A stretch of 64,000 nucleotides of DNA from Meiothermus sp. (GCF_037443965.1 NZ_JBBINI010000014.1:6431-70430); one strand, 5' to 3'. Numbered from the stretch's first letter, positions 18,883 to 28,776 are shown. The notes: generated by a model from the sequence alone, not told the origin. Translations and numbers: made by a program.

Positions 18883-19824
18883 CTACCAGGAGCCCTGGAC
18901 GCTCAGATTGAGCAACAGCCGCCAGGCTTGCGCACCGAACTGGGCTACCAGGCGGATGTCCAGGTCTTGCTCGGCCAGGCTGTGGAGGTAGCCGGCGCTG
19001 AGCTGAATCTGCCAGGGGCTGGAAAGCAGAAGGTCAGCGGCCAGGTTCCAGCTAGCCTCTTCTTGGGGAAGAAGCCACTGCCCGGCTAGAAAAAAGCCCG
19101 CAGGCTGGAGTGGCGGAAGGCCTGCGTAGCCGCCCTCGAGGGTCCACACCCCCTGGCCCAGGCGGCCGCTCAGGCCCAGGGCGTAGCGGGCCTCGAGGGG
19201 CTCGAGCAAAAGCCAGCCCTCCCCGTAGATCACCAGCTCCGCCACGGTGCCGCTGCCGCCCAGGCCCAGCACCCAGCGGGCGGGGTAGAGGGCGTGGGCC
19301 TCGAGCTCGAAGTGGCCGAACTCCCGCCGCAGGCTGAGCACCGGCAGCCACCGGCCCGCCTCTTCCAGCACCGCCAGGCGCAGCCGGCTGGCCTCGGGGT
19401 TCCAGCTCACCCGGGCCCCCCAGCGGCCCTGGCGGTTGCCCAGCGGGCTGAGGGGCTCGAGGCTAAAGGGCAGGCGCAGGCGGGCGACCTCGAGGGGCAG
19501 GCGCTCGAGGCCCGCGCTCAGATCCAGTTCGCCCTCACGGTAGAGCGCGTACAGCTCGGTGAGGCCGGCCTCGGCGGTCACCGCACGGGAAAAGTTCACC
19601 CCCGGATCGAGCACCAGTTGAAAGCGCAATGGGTTCAGGTCGTAACGGGCCTCGAGGTGGGCCCCCAGGCCCCAGCTTGCCTCCAGCGGCAGGTGGCTGA
19701 AGACCAGAGCGCTGCTGAAGCGGAGCTCGAGCCGGGTCTCCAGGTTCTGGGCCAGCCCGGGCTGGCAGCCGCAGGCCAGCCACAACCCCAGCAACCACGC
19801 ATGGCTAGGCCGCAATCTGCCCAT
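18883..19824 (-). CDS. Hypothetical exported/outer-membrane beta-rich protein
   Basis: Signal-like N-terminus, alternating hydrophobic strands, C-terminal Trp; last gene of the exporter operon. Confidence 0.6.
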   Translation of the reverse strand: MGRLRPSHAWLLGLWLACGCQPGLAQNLETRLELRFSSALVFSHLPLEASWGLGAHLEARYDLNPLRFQLVLDPGVNFSRAVTAEAGLTELYALYREGELDLSAGLERLPLEVARLRLPFSLEPLSPLGNRQGRWGARVSWNPEASRLRLAVLEEAGRWLPVLSLRREFGHFELEAHALYPARWVLGLGGSGTVAELVIYGEGWLLLEPLEARYALGLSGRLGQGVWTLEGGYAGLPPLQPAGFFLAGQWLLPQEEASWNLAADLLLSSPWQIQLSAGYLHSLAEQDLDIRLVAQFGAQAWRLLLNLSVQGSW

Positions 19825-20479
19825 CCTCGAGCCGCACAATCCGGTCTACCCGCTCCAGCAAGCGGGGATCGTGGGTACTGAACAGGAATGTGATCCCCTG
19901 TTGGTGGTTGAGTTGGCGCATGTGTTCGATCAGGGCCAGGCCGGTCTTGGAGTCGAGGTTGGCGGTGGGCTCGTCGGCCAGGATGATTTTGGGCTGGGCG
20001 GCCAGGGCCCGGGCCACCGCCACGCGCTGCTGCTGCCCCCCGGAAAGCTGGTTGGGCCGGCGATGGGCAAAGTCTTTCATGCCCAGGGTCTCGAGCGCTT
20101 GGAGGGCTTTCCCCTCGCGGGCTTCCTTAGCTTCGCCGCGCAGCTCGAGCACAAAGGCCGCGTTCTCCAGCGCCGTCAGTACTGGAATCAGGTTGTAGGC
20201 CTGAAACACAAAGCCCACGTTCCACAACCGCAGATCGGACAGTTGGGTTTTGGAAAGGCCATCAATGCGCCGGCCCCCCAACCAGACCTCGCCCGAACTG
20301 GGCTTGTCGAGACCGCCCATCAGGTGCAAGAGGGTGCTCTTCCCACTGCCCGATGGCCCAGCCAGCGCGGTAAATTCACCCGGATGAACCTCTAGGCTGA
20401 CGCCGCGCAGCGCGGGGGTTTCGATGGCATCCACCTTGTAGACTTTGGTCAGATCCTTAACCTGCAAAACGGGTTTCAT
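19805..20479 (-). CDS. LolD/MacB-type ABC ATP-binding protein
   Basis: GPSGSGKST, LSGGQQQRVAVARAL, ADEPTANLD, STHD. Confidence 0.92.
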   Translation of the reverse strand: MKPVLQVKDLTKVYKVDAIETPALRGVSLEVHPGEFTALAGPSGSGKSTLLHLMGGLDKPSSGEVWLGGRRIDGLSKTQLSDLRLWNVGFVFQAYNLIPVLTALENAAFVLELRGEAKEAREGKALQALETLGMKDFAHRRPNQLSGGQQQRVAVARALAAQPKIILADEPTANLDSKTGLALIEHMRQLNHQQGITFLFSTHDPRLLERVDRIVRLEDGQIAA

Positions 20480-20490
20480 TCGCTACCTTT

Positions 20491-21726
20491 CTACGCGGTA
20501 AAACGCATGGCTTCTACCGGTTCTAGGCTGGCCGCGACCCTAGCGGGCCACCAGGCGGCCAGCAGGCCAGTGGCCAGGACAAAGCCCAGGGTGATGGAGA
20601 TGTCCCAGGCCCGCAGGCTCAGATAGACCATCGAGGGCAGGCCAAATTCACCGCCAACTTCTCCATATAGCGCCTCGAGCGAGAATCCCCCCGAGAGGGC
20701 CGCAATGGTGAGCAATCCCAGGACCCCACCTACCAAAGCCCCGCTCAAACATAGGAGCAGGCTTTCCAGTACCACCATCCGGGTTACTTTGCTTGGGCCT
20801 GCACCCAGCGCCACGATCACGCCGAACTCGCGGGTGCGTTCCAGCAAGCCCAGGTAAATGGTGTTGACCACCAGCAGCCCAGCCAGCCCGAAAAAAATCG
20901 CGGCAAAAATTAGCACCAGCGGCTCGAGCAGGTTGAAGATTTGTGCGATGGCCGGACTGGCCTGCCGCCAGCTTTCTAGGCTCAGGCCTGGCTCCAGGCT
21001 GGCGGCGAGTTGGGGCTGGAGGGTGGCCAGCCTGGCATCCTGGCTAAAGCGGGTGAAGGGAAAATGCAACTCGATGCGGGTGGCGCTGCCCGGTGCGGCT
21101 AGCTCCTGCGCGGCGGCCAGCGAGATGAATGCACTGCGGGTTTCGCTGGCGGCATCGGGAAAGCGTAGCAGCCCTACCAGCTTGTAAGCCCCAGCGCCCC
21201 GTCCCAAGGTGCCAGGGGCATAGACATAGACCGGATCGCCCAGCCCTACCTTGAGCGCTCTTGCCAGCGATGCGCCCAGGGCAATGCCGAGGGGATCGCC
21301 TGTTGCCGGCAGTTGCCCCTCGGCCAGGTACTGTTTTACAAAGCGTTCGCGTAGTTCGGGGGGCTGCTCGTCGCCAATCAGCAAGACCCCCCTCGAGCGG
21401 GTCTCGCCGGCGATGAGGGCGGGAATCTCGAGGGCCACCACCCGCTGCGCCTGGGTCTGGGTTGCCAGCCGGGCCTCCACCTGTGCCACGTTGGGAATGA
21501 GCAGGTCGCGGAACTCGCGCTTTTCACGGTAATCGGATACCCGCACTTGCAGATGCCCTACCGAGGCAGTGAGGTTATTGTAAATACCGTTTTCCATTGC
21601 ACCCAAAAAGCTCAGGTAGACCAGGGTGAAGAACACCGCGAGGCCTACCGCCCCCGCTGTCATCAGGCTGCGTCCCTTATGCCGCCAGATATTGCGCCAA
21701 GAAAGGCTGAACAGGTTGAACATCAT
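20491..21726 (-). CDS. FtsX/LolE-like ABC permease
   Basis: SWRNIWRHKGRS, large periplasmic loop, ERTREFG. Confidence 0.88.
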   Translation of the reverse strand: MMFNLFSLSWRNIWRHKGRSLMTAGAVGLAVFFTLVYLSFLGAMENGIYNNLTASVGHLQVRVSDYREKREFRDLLIPNVAQVEARLATQTQAQRVVALEIPALIAGETRSRGVLLIGDEQPPELRERFVKQYLAEGQLPATGDPLGIALGASLARALKVGLGDPVYVYAPGTLGRGAGAYKLVGLLRFPDAASETRSAFISLAAAQELAAPGSATRIELHFPFTRFSQDARLATLQPQLAASLEPGLSLESWRQASPAIAQIFNLLEPLVLIFAAIFFGLAGLLVVNTIYLGLLERTREFGVIVALGAGPSKVTRMVVLESLLLCLSGALVGGVLGLLTIAALSGGFSLEALYGEVGGEFGLPSMVYLSLRAWDISITLGFVLATGLLAAWWPARVAASLEPVEAMRFTA

Positions 21727-21772
21727 GACCTCGTTTCTGCTCTTTATCGCGGTATTCTTTCTGAAAACCGCT

Positions 21773-22504
21773 CTAGCAGCCGGCCTCGAGCGCCCGCACC
21801 GTAAAGCAGCTTTCGGGGATGTTCACCCCAAATTGGTAGTCGCTATAGACCACACTGGTGCGGTGGCCTGGACGTAGCAAATCTTCCACCGTGGTTTGCA
21901 CCGGGAAACTGCGCCCGCTTACCTCCACATACTGGGCAAAGCTAATTTTGCGTACGGCCTGGCCTCGCTGGTCGAAGAACAGCACTTCGCGCGGCACAAA
22001 ACCAGGTTTGCGGGCCTGCAAGACCACCTTGCCATAAGGGGTAGGGGCCTGGGGCCGGGGCGTGAGCTCGAGGGTGATGCTATCGGCGGTTTCGGCACTG
22101 ATCCGAGCGGTGAAGTCCTGCTCGAGGTCGCGCCCCGCCAGGTCGCTGTAGGAGAGGTCGGAACCCAGGAAGCTATCGCTGCGCCCGCTGGGGGGCAGCC
22201 GCAACACCCGTTTGAGGGTGGGGTTGTAAATCTGGATGTTGTCCCCCACCCGCAAGAAGGCTTGCCCGGCCTCGCGGGCTGGGGCTTTGACCCAGGTGAT
22301 GGCCCGCTGATTGCCGTCCGAGACCACCTCGAGCACGTACTGGGTTTGTCGGTCAGGGCGGGTTACGCTCAGGGTCAGGGTGGCCCGCACGCTCCCCCCA
22401 CGCTGGTTGTCCACAATGGCTTTCAAGACCGCCTGTGGGTCGGTGGCTGCACTGCCCAGGCTGCACAAGCCCAAGATCAAAAGCAACCAGAGTCGTACCT
22501 TCAT
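21773..22504 (-). CDS. LolA-like outer-membrane lipoprotein-sorting protein
   Basis: Signal peptide; APAREAG, FLGSDLSYSD. Confidence 0.8.
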   Translation of the reverse strand: MKVRLWLLLILGLCSLGSAATDPQAVLKAIVDNQRGGSVRATLTLSVTRPDRQTQYVLEVVSDGNQRAITWVKAPAREAGQAFLRVGDNIQIYNPTLKRVLRLPPSGRSDSFLGSDLSYSDLAGRDLEQDFTARISAETADSITLELTPRPQAPTPYGKVVLQARKPGFVPREVLFFDQRGQAVRKISFAQYVEVSGRSFPVQTTVEDLLRPGHRTSVVYSDYQFGVNIPESCFTVRALEAGC

Positions 22505-22551
22505 AGAGTTCCTCCCCTAAAAGTTGAGGGTGATGGTGCGGCGTTGGTGGC

Positions 22552-23787
22552 CTACTCTGTGCGCATGGCCTCCGCTGGATTGAGCCGCTGCACCCGCCGG
22601 GCTGGGATCAGAATCGAGAAGAACGCAGCCAGCACGATGGTGAGGGCGGCATAGAGGGCATAGACCGGGCTTTGGGCGGTGTAGATTTCGCTGCCGGTGC
22701 CCAGGATTTCAAAAGCGCCGCCATAGCTGGCAAAAACCGGGCCCAGCACGTTTTGGGTCGCCATCCAGAAGTTGAGTGCGTAGCCCAAAATCAGCCCCAC
22801 CACCCAGCCGATGCTGGTGGCAAACACCGTCTCGAGTGTGATCATCTGCGCTAGGCGATGGGGATTCATGCCGATGGCCCCCATCATGCCAAACTCGCGG
22901 GTGCGTTCAAGCACGCTCACCAGCACCGTGCTGGTCACGGCAAGTGCCGCGAACAGGGAAAAAATCATCCCGATAAAGAAGGTAGAACTCTGCTTGGTGC
23001 CAATCGCCGAGGAGAGTCCGCCCAGCAACTGGGTCAGGTCGTAGGCCCGCAGGTTTTGCGGCAGCACCGGTTGTAGAGCCTCGGCAATGCGGGCTTCCTG
23101 ACCACGGGTCACATCGAGCGCCACCCCGGTCGCGGTTTGCAGGCCGGTGAGTACCCGAGCATCCTGAATATGCACCAACACCGTCCCCCGGTCTACCGGG
23201 GCAATGCCCGATTTCACCAGCCCCACCACCTGCAACCCCAGGGCTTGCGGCCCGGCCAGCGCCGAGGTATCTAGCACTACCCGTTCACCTAGCCGCGCAT
23301 CCAGCCGCTCGGCTAGGTGCTGCCCCAACACCACTTCACCAGATTTTTCCAGCATGCGCCCCTGGGCAATGGCGGTGGGGATGTTGCTCACCTTGGCCTC
23401 GAGCGCGGGGTCTACCCCCCGGGCTCGGGCCGCGTCGGCGGTGTAGGCCGAGCGGATCAGGGTGGGGAACTCAAGCCGGGGCGCAGCGGCATTCACGCCG
23501 GGCTGCGTTTGTACCTGGGCTAGAAAGTCCAGGCTGGGCAAGCCTTGTTCGGGGTCGGGGTCTTCGAAATATTGTGGGGTGGTGATGAGGGCTGGAGCAC
23601 TCAAAAAGCGGGCATTGCCAATCTGCACCGACTGGGTAAAGCCATCCTGTACTCCCCAGAACAACACAGTGGTGATGGTGGCATAGGCCACCACCAGTAC
23701 CAGCAGCAAGGTGCGCCGCCGATGCCGCCAGAGGTTGCGCCAGGCCAGCCGGGGTAGGGCCATCAGGCTTGCACTGGGTTGGTTCAT
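22552..23787 (-). CDS. FtsX/LolE-like ABC permease
   Basis: AWRNLWRHRRRT, ERTREFGMMGAIG. Confidence 0.88.
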   Translation of the reverse strand: MNQPSASLMALPRLAWRNLWRHRRRTLLLVLVVAYATITTVLFWGVQDGFTQSVQIGNARFLSAPALITTPQYFEDPDPEQGLPSLDFLAQVQTQPGVNAAAPRLEFPTLIRSAYTADAARARGVDPALEAKVSNIPTAIAQGRMLEKSGEVVLGQHLAERLDARLGERVVLDTSALAGPQALGLQVVGLVKSGIAPVDRGTVLVHIQDARVLTGLQTATGVALDVTRGQEARIAEALQPVLPQNLRAYDLTQLLGGLSSAIGTKQSSTFFIGMIFSLFAALAVTSTVLVSVLERTREFGMMGAIGMNPHRLAQMITLETVFATSIGWVVGLILGYALNFWMATQNVLGPVFASYGGAFEILGTGSEIYTAQSPVYALYAALTIVLAAFFSILIPARRVQRLNPAEAMRTE

Positions 23788-23850
23788 CTCTACCTCCTAT
23801 AAAACTTCAAGCAGCAATTGGGCCTGGGTTGGGTTAAGCCGCCGGGCGGC

Positions 23851-24339
23851 CTATATTGATGCTCCAACCTTCGTCTTGGTTTTGGACGGCTGTTTTCGCT
23901 CCAAACGTTCGACCACCCCACGCAATTCCAACTCGAAGAATCTGAATAGATCACGCATCTCCTCGAGGCGTACGCGCTGTTCGGGCGGGGCGGTTTTCAT
24001 CAGCATAAGGCCCTTCTCGGCCAGTTGGGTATAGATCGAAAGAGCGGATAATCGCTTTATGGTTAAGTCTGTCCAGGCTCCGGGGCGAATGCGGTAGAAG
24101 TCTTGCCGACTGCCCCGCTTGGGCACCCGCTCAATCAACATGCCCTGAGCTAGAACCCGGGTCATGGTGCTGATGGAAGCCTTGCTAGCCCCAAGTGCCT
24201 GCGCCAGCTGGGTTGCGCTCTGTTCAGGTGGGTCGCAAACCATCAACCAACCTAAAATGCGCCCGGCGATGCGTGGCGTGCCAGTTGACTCGAAAACCAA
24301 CGCAAACTCTTCTACAAAATCGTGCAAGGCGTCGGACAT
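23851..24339 (-). CDS. GbsR/MarR family transcriptional regulator
   Basis: PRIAGRILGWLMV, LAQALGASKASIST, R.DFYR; start placed at ATG 24339. Confidence 0.85.
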   Translation of the reverse strand: MSDALHDFVEEFALVFESTGTPRIAGRILGWLMVCDPPEQSATQLAQALGASKASISTMTRVLAQGMLIERVPKRGSRQDFYRIRPGAWTDLTIKRLSALSIYTQLAEKGLMLMKTAPPEQRVRLEEMRDLFRFFELELRGVVERLERKQPSKTKTKVGASI

Positions 24340-24346
24340 ACCCCCG

Positions 24347-24381
24347 AGTTTAGCTAGTTTTGTAAGTTTAGTCAATACTGA
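24347..24381 (-). promoter_or_regulatory. Leaderless sigma70 promoter with overlapping near-palindrome (possible GbsR operator)
   Basis: TTGACT (24375-24370), 17 nt, TAAACT (24352-24347), 7 nt, ATG; TTCAGT-ATTG-ACTAAA overlaps the -35. Confidence 0.6.
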
Positions 24382-24429
24382 ACAAAGCTAACGACAGGCT
24401 TTGTGAATGCCGATTCGACGAAGCATGTA

Positions 24430-24461
24430 GAAACGGGGCGAAATCAAGCTCACCCCGTTTC
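24430..24461. terminator. Hairpin ending the USP-hsp20-DUF4383 unit
   Basis: GAAACGGGG-N14-CCCCGTTTC. Confidence 0.4.
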
Positions 24462-24479
24462 GGACGATGGGTTTGCAGG

Positions 24480-24836
24480 TCAGGTAGCCGTTCTGGGGGT
24501 TCCCAGCCAGTCGTAGATCAGCACCACCGCAGCAATCAGGTTGACCACGATGTTCCAGCCGCCGGTGGGCAGGCCCAAAAAGCTGCTGCTGAAGAATCCG
24601 ATGAGGGCCAGGGCGGCATAGACCAGACCAATCACTGCGGCCATCATGTGGGCCAGCCGATCACCGGTAAAGTAGCCATACAGCAGGGCTACGGCGGTAA
24701 TCAGGTAGACGATGGCCAGGCTGGTGTTGCTGGGAATAAATCCCAGGATCAGGCCGTTGGGTGCGAAAAACAGACCCAGGGCGGCCAGCAGAGCAAACAC
24801 CAGTCCCATGAAAAGGTCAATTCTTTGCGCCGTCAT
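24480..24836 (-). CDS. DUF4383-like membrane protein
   Basis: 118 aa with four TM segments. Confidence 0.6.
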   Translation of the reverse strand: MTAQRIDLFMGLVFALLAALGLFFAPNGLILGFIPSNTSLAIVYLITAVALLYGYFTGDRLAHMMAAVIGLVYAALALIGFFSSSFLGLPTGGWNIVVNLIAAVVLIYDWLGTPRTAT

Positions 24837-24845
24837 ATGTCCTCC

Positions 24846-25295
24846 TTACACCTTGGCAGGGGTCTTGATGGGGATGGGTTTGGCCTTGGCCACCTCACTC
24901 TTGGGCAGGGTGAGGGTGAGTACCCCATCCTCGAACACCGCCTCGGCTTGATCGGTCAGCACCTCGCTGGGCAGGGTTACCGAGCGCTCAAAGCGGGTGT
25001 AGCGGTGCTCGCGCAGGTGGTAGTTGCGTTCTTTCTTTTCTTCCTCCTTCTTGGCCTCACCGTAGATCCGCAGCACGTCGCCGCGTACTTCAATCTTGAT
25101 GTGCTCGGGTTTGAGGCCGGGAATCGAGGCTTTCACCACGATGTTGTTTCCTTCTTCGTAGATGTCGAGCGGCATGGCCGCCACCTCTTTGTCGAGGAAC
25201 GGAAACTCACGACGGAACAGGCTTTCGTCAAACAAGCGCTCGATTTCCCTCCGCATGTTATCCATTTCGCGCCAAGGGTCGAAACGAGCCAACAT
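24846..25295 (-). CDS. Hsp20/alpha-crystallin small heat-shock protein
   Basis: DIYEE, ASIPG, FERSVTLP, A.FEDGVLTLTLPK; RBS spacing favours ATG 25295. Confidence 0.93.
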   Translation of the reverse strand: MLARFDPWREMDNMRREIERLFDESLFRREFPFLDKEVAAMPLDIYEEGNNIVVKASIPGLKPEHIKIEVRGDVLRIYGEAKKEEEKKERNYHLREHRYTRFERSVTLPSEVLTDQAEAVFEDGVLTLTLPKSEVAKAKPIPIKTPAKV

Positions 25296-25404
25296 ACACA
25301 TGCCTCCTTTGGTCTTTTTGGCGTGGGTGGCTGCACGCCAGATTGGGACTTGGGCCTACCCTCTGGTGTTCCGAGCTGCCACCTAACCCGAAACCCAGAG
25401 GTAT

Positions 25405-26352
25405 TTACCGTCCAGCATGGGCTTCTTCAGCCACAGCCTGATCCACATTGGGCGCTGCCGGAACGGGACGAACCAGCAGCACCGGCACCGGGGCGTGATG
25501 TGACACCCCCTCGGCTACACTGCCCAGGAGCAGGCGTTCCAGCCCGGTGCGCCCGTGGGTGCCCATCACGATCAGATCGCTCTGGTTATCACGGGCAAAG
25601 TCTACAATCACCTCGGCTTCCCGCCGGGTCTGGGCCTTGAGCAGGGCCATTTTGACCTTCGGGGTTCTGGCCAGTTTGCGGGCGTTCTCCACAAGGGCCA
25701 CCCCCTCCTCCTCCATTGCCCGCAGGGTGTTTTCCCAGTTGAAGGCGTTCATGCTGGTACCGTAGGGGCCTACAACCGGAGCGGGCAGTGGGGGAATCAC
25801 GTGCAAGATTTGTAGTTCTGCCTCGAGCTCTTCTGCCAGTCGGTCGGCTAGCTCAAAGGCTGGGCGGCCTGCTTCGCTGCCGTCTATGGGGGCCAGGATA
25901 CGCTGGAACAGGCCGGTGCTGGGTTCTACCTGCCCATCTCCCCGCACCAACATTACCGGTATTTTGGCCAGCCGGCTGACCCGCTCGGCCACGCTGCCCA
26001 AAAGCATCCGACTGACCCCTTCGCGCCCATGGGTTCCCATCACAATCAGATCGCACTGGCTGCGGTTGGCCAGATAGACGATGCCCTCGGCAATGTCGTC
26101 GTCGTGCATGGGTTCGGTGCGCAGGTCGAGCTGCATCTGCCGGCCCAGCTCCTCCCAGGGTTCCAGAATTGCCCGAGCATGCCGCTGCATGGTTTCGGAT
26201 GGAGCGGACAGCCCCCAGTAGGCTGGTGGAACCTTCAAGACATGCGTAACCACCGCTGTGGCCCCCAGCTTCTTGGCAAAAGCCAGACCTACCCGTCCGG
26301 CCCGCTCGCTGCAGGATGAACCATCCACCGCAATTAGGATTTTGCGGAACAT
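25405..26352 (-). CDS. Universal stress protein (tandem USP domains)
   Basis: ILIAVDGS and two copies of DLIVMGTHGR.G..R.LLGSVAE. Confidence 0.93.
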   Translation of the reverse strand: MFRKILIAVDGSSCSERAGRVGLAFAKKLGATAVVTHVLKVPPAYWGLSAPSETMQRHARAILEPWEELGRQMQLDLRTEPMHDDDIAEGIVYLANRSQCDLIVMGTHGREGVSRMLLGSVAERVSRLAKIPVMLVRGDGQVEPSTGLFQRILAPIDGSEAGRPAFELADRLAEELEAELQILHVIPPLPAPVVGPYGTSMNAFNWENTLRAMEEEGVALVENARKLARTPKVKMALLKAQTRREAEVIVDFARDNQSDLIVMGTHGRTGLERLLLGSVAEGVSHHAPVPVLLVRPVPAAPNVDQAVAEEAHAGR

Positions 26353-26386
26353 GGCACCCTCCTTTCTCTATCTATAGCCAGCCCCC

Positions 26387-26403
26387 GTTACCAAACCATT
26401 ACC
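26387..26403 (-). promoter_or_regulatory. GGTAAY-N5-GGTAAY box 1
   Basis: GGTAAT GGTTT GGTAAC upstream of USP 26352; the first half overlaps the upstream Trp-stop codons. Confidence 0.6.
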
Positions 26404-27535
26404 AGCGGGGCAGCCCGCCCAGACCGCCAAAGGCCTTGAGCAGACGGGCCTCGGCAGGCCCCTGCACAAACTCGAGCCGGGTTCCATAGGCAGCGGCCAG
26501 CTCGGGAAGTACCTGCTTGAGGTCAATATCCTCGATGCGCCCGGCCCCGTGGGCCACCGCGCCCTCCATGCTGCCTCCCACCCAGCCATCCGGGGCGCGG
26601 TAGACCTTGTCCTCGGGGTTCCAGGGGGCCACCAGCAGATACAGGCGGCCCTGCTGCAAGAGCTCAAGGGTCTGATCCAGCCCGGCCACCCCCCGTTCGG
26701 CCAGCTCGTCCAGGAGCTTGTTTTCCCGTTCGCGCTCGAGGGGCTCCAGCACCTCCTGCACCCGCTTCAGCACCTCACCGGCCTGGGCGCTGGGGGTAGG
26801 CAGGGAGGGGAGGGTGGCAATGACCCGCTCACGCAGCCGGCGGGGAAGCAGTTCTTTGAATACCTGCACATCGGCTTTAGGGCCCATCAGCACCAGCCGT
26901 TGAACGTTGCGCTCGTTTAAGGTCTGCTCGAGCAGCCCGGCTAGGCGTTTGTAGAAGCGGTGGGTCCAGGCCTCGAGCCGGCGTTCGAAGCGGTCGGTGT
27001 TGGCGGCGGCCCGGTGGATGCCGCCCTGGCCGTAGCGCCGACCCTGGCTGTCTTCGGTGAGCTGCTTCCACTCTTGAGCCCCTACAGCCCTGAAGGCGCC
27101 CGGCAACTCCTCAATCTCGCCCAAGTACACCTCGAACATGCGCCACTTCTCGCTATCGAGGAAAATCACTCCAATCCGCTCGTACTCATCCAGTAGGTAC
27201 AGAATTGGGGTCAAGTAGGGCTCACCCCAACGGGCTTCTACCCCTTGCACCAACGGCAAATCCACCTGCAGGTCGTAGATTTCTATCCAGCCACTAGCAG
27301 CAAAGATAACCCGGCTGCGGGCTTGGGGTGCGTCGTGCTCGAGCGCCTCCAGCACCTTCTTACTTACCTCCGATGGAGTTCGTATAGCCTCGAGCACAGC
27401 CCTGGTTCTTAGCACATAGGCTTTACCCTGGTTGTCGGGGTTGGCCGGGTTCACGTCCAGATACAACGACAATACCGGAGCCACCCTCGGAGCCACAAAC
27501 TCGCGGATGTAGCGAGTACCTTCTTGGGTCAACAT
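26399..27535 (-). CDS. aeRF1-like (baeRF/VLRF1) protein, Balon/Rv2629-like, copy 1
   Basis: LSLYLDVNPANPDN, WGEPYLTP, RLVLMGP, L7Ae-like C-terminus; no GGQ. Confidence 0.75.
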   Translation of the reverse strand: MLTQEGTRYIREFVAPRVAPVLSLYLDVNPANPDNQGKAYVLRTRAVLEAIRTPSEVSKKVLEALEHDAPQARSRVIFAASGWIEIYDLQVDLPLVQGVEARWGEPYLTPILYLLDEYERIGVIFLDSEKWRMFEVYLGEIEELPGAFRAVGAQEWKQLTEDSQGRRYGQGGIHRAAANTDRFERRLEAWTHRFYKRLAGLLEQTLNERNVQRLVLMGPKADVQVFKELLPRRLRERVIATLPSLPTPSAQAGEVLKRVQEVLEPLERERENKLLDELAERGVAGLDQTLELLQQGRLYLLVAPWNPEDKVYRAPDGWVGGSMEGAVAHGAGRIEDIDLKQVLPELAAAYGTRLEFVQGPAEARLLKAFGGLGGLPRW

Positions 27536-27618
27536 GATAACCTCCTTGCTTTGTCGTAGTCGTTACCTATATCGAAGAGATACTTATACCCTCCCCAAGC
27601 TGATTGAACTCCAGACCA

Positions 27619-27635
27619 ATTACCCATCCATTACC
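27619..27635 (-). promoter_or_regulatory. GGTAAY-N5-GGTAAY box 2
   Basis: GGTAAT GGATG GGTAAT upstream of 27535. Confidence 0.7.
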
Positions 27636-27732
27636 GAACTAGGTTCGGCTTACGCTGTGGCTCGAGGTCGTATGCGTTGCCCACAACCGTCAAATTTGAA
27701 TGTTTCTAGCCTGCCCAACGTACCTTGATGCA

Positions 27733-28551
27733 TCAAGCCTGTGGGCTTTTAGCGCTTAGGCCACGCGCCTCGTGATAAGGGAGGATGGGACTGCCCTGTT
27801 TGATGTGTTCGGCCAGCTCGTGGGTTTCGGGCATGGGTGTGTCGCCTAATTCTTCGTGTAGAAATTTTACAAAGCGGCGATAATGCTCGATGGCTTTGTA
27901 GCGATCTCCTAAGGCAGCTAGGCACCACATCAGACGCTGGTGATAGTTCTCCCCAATATAGGGATCAGCTTTCAAGGCCCGCTCGAGATAATCGCTGGTG
28001 GCTCGCCAGTCTTCCTGGTCGTAATAAATCAGGGCAACCTCCAGCAGCGCTTGTACGTAGGCCGTTTTGTGCTCTTCGCGGGCTTGTGAAACCCAGTTGG
28101 TTGCGAAACCCGGCAGATAATCGCCCCGGTAGAGCGAGATGGCCTTGTTGTAGGCTTTCAGGCGGGCTGTTTCACAGGCGGTGTGGTGTCCTTCGCTGAG
28201 GGCCTGGTAGAAACCAAACAGATCGGTGCTCTGCAAAACGGCTTCAGCTAGGCGATAGCGCCCGTGCTCTTCCAGGATGGCCTCGGGGTTACCCAGCGCA
28301 GTACGAATGCGAAAAATGGTTACCCGAAAGCGGTTGTTGGCCACCGGGTCGGGGTCGAGGCCCCATAGGGTCTCGAGGATTTCCCCCTTGCTGCGGCCTT
28401 CGGGATAAGAGAGTAGATAGAAGAAGAGTTCCTCGGCGGTCTGGGCATGCCACTGCGCGGGATGCCCCGCCACCAGCACCTCCACCTGGCCCAGGGTGCG
28501 TACCCGGAGCGCAGGCACTGCCTGTTCTGAACGGGACTGCAACCTTTTCAT
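27733..28551 (-). CDS. SARP-family regulator (OmpR-type wHTH plus BTAD), no sensor domain
   Basis: LRVRTLG, LFFYLL, LETLW, RIRTALG, LYRGDYLPG, DPYIGE.YHQRLM. Confidence 0.88.
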   Translation of the reverse strand: MKRLQSRSEQAVPALRVRTLGQVEVLVAGHPAQWHAQTAEELFFYLLSYPEGRSKGEILETLWGLDPDPVANNRFRVTIFRIRTALGNPEAILEEHGRYRLAEAVLQSTDLFGFYQALSEGHHTACETARLKAYNKAISLYRGDYLPGFATNWVSQAREEHKTAYVQALLEVALIYYDQEDWRATSDYLERALKADPYIGENYHQRLMWCLAALGDRYKAIEHYRRFVKFLHEELGDTPMPETHELAEHIKQGSPILPYHEARGLSAKSPQA

Positions 28552-28562
28552 GGCTTAAGTCT

Positions 28563-28579
28563 GTTACAAATCCATTACC
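28563..28579 (-). promoter_or_regulatory. GGTAAY-N5-GGTAAY box 3 (autoregulatory position)
   Basis: GGTAAT GGATT TGTAAC, 11 nt before the SARP ATG. Confidence 0.6.
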
Positions 28580-28759
28580 GCTTCATCCGCCAAAGGGAGT
28601 AGAAGTGTCTGAGGCAATGTTTGGAAGGCTATCAAAAGAGGTGAAATTTTGTTCGTAAAAGGTTCGGATGGCAAGTGTCTCCTGCTGTGGGTTTGCCCCC
28701 TTGTGGTGTCCTTGAAGAGAAGGTTGCCATAACCCCCAACACCCAGCCCTGCAACCAGC

Positions 28760-28776
28760 GGTAACACCTTGGTAAT
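28760..28776 (+). promoter_or_regulatory. GGTAAY-N5-GGTAAY box 4
   Basis: GGTAAC ACCTT GGTAAT, 10 nt, CATTTT; upstream of USP 28829. Confidence 0.7.
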
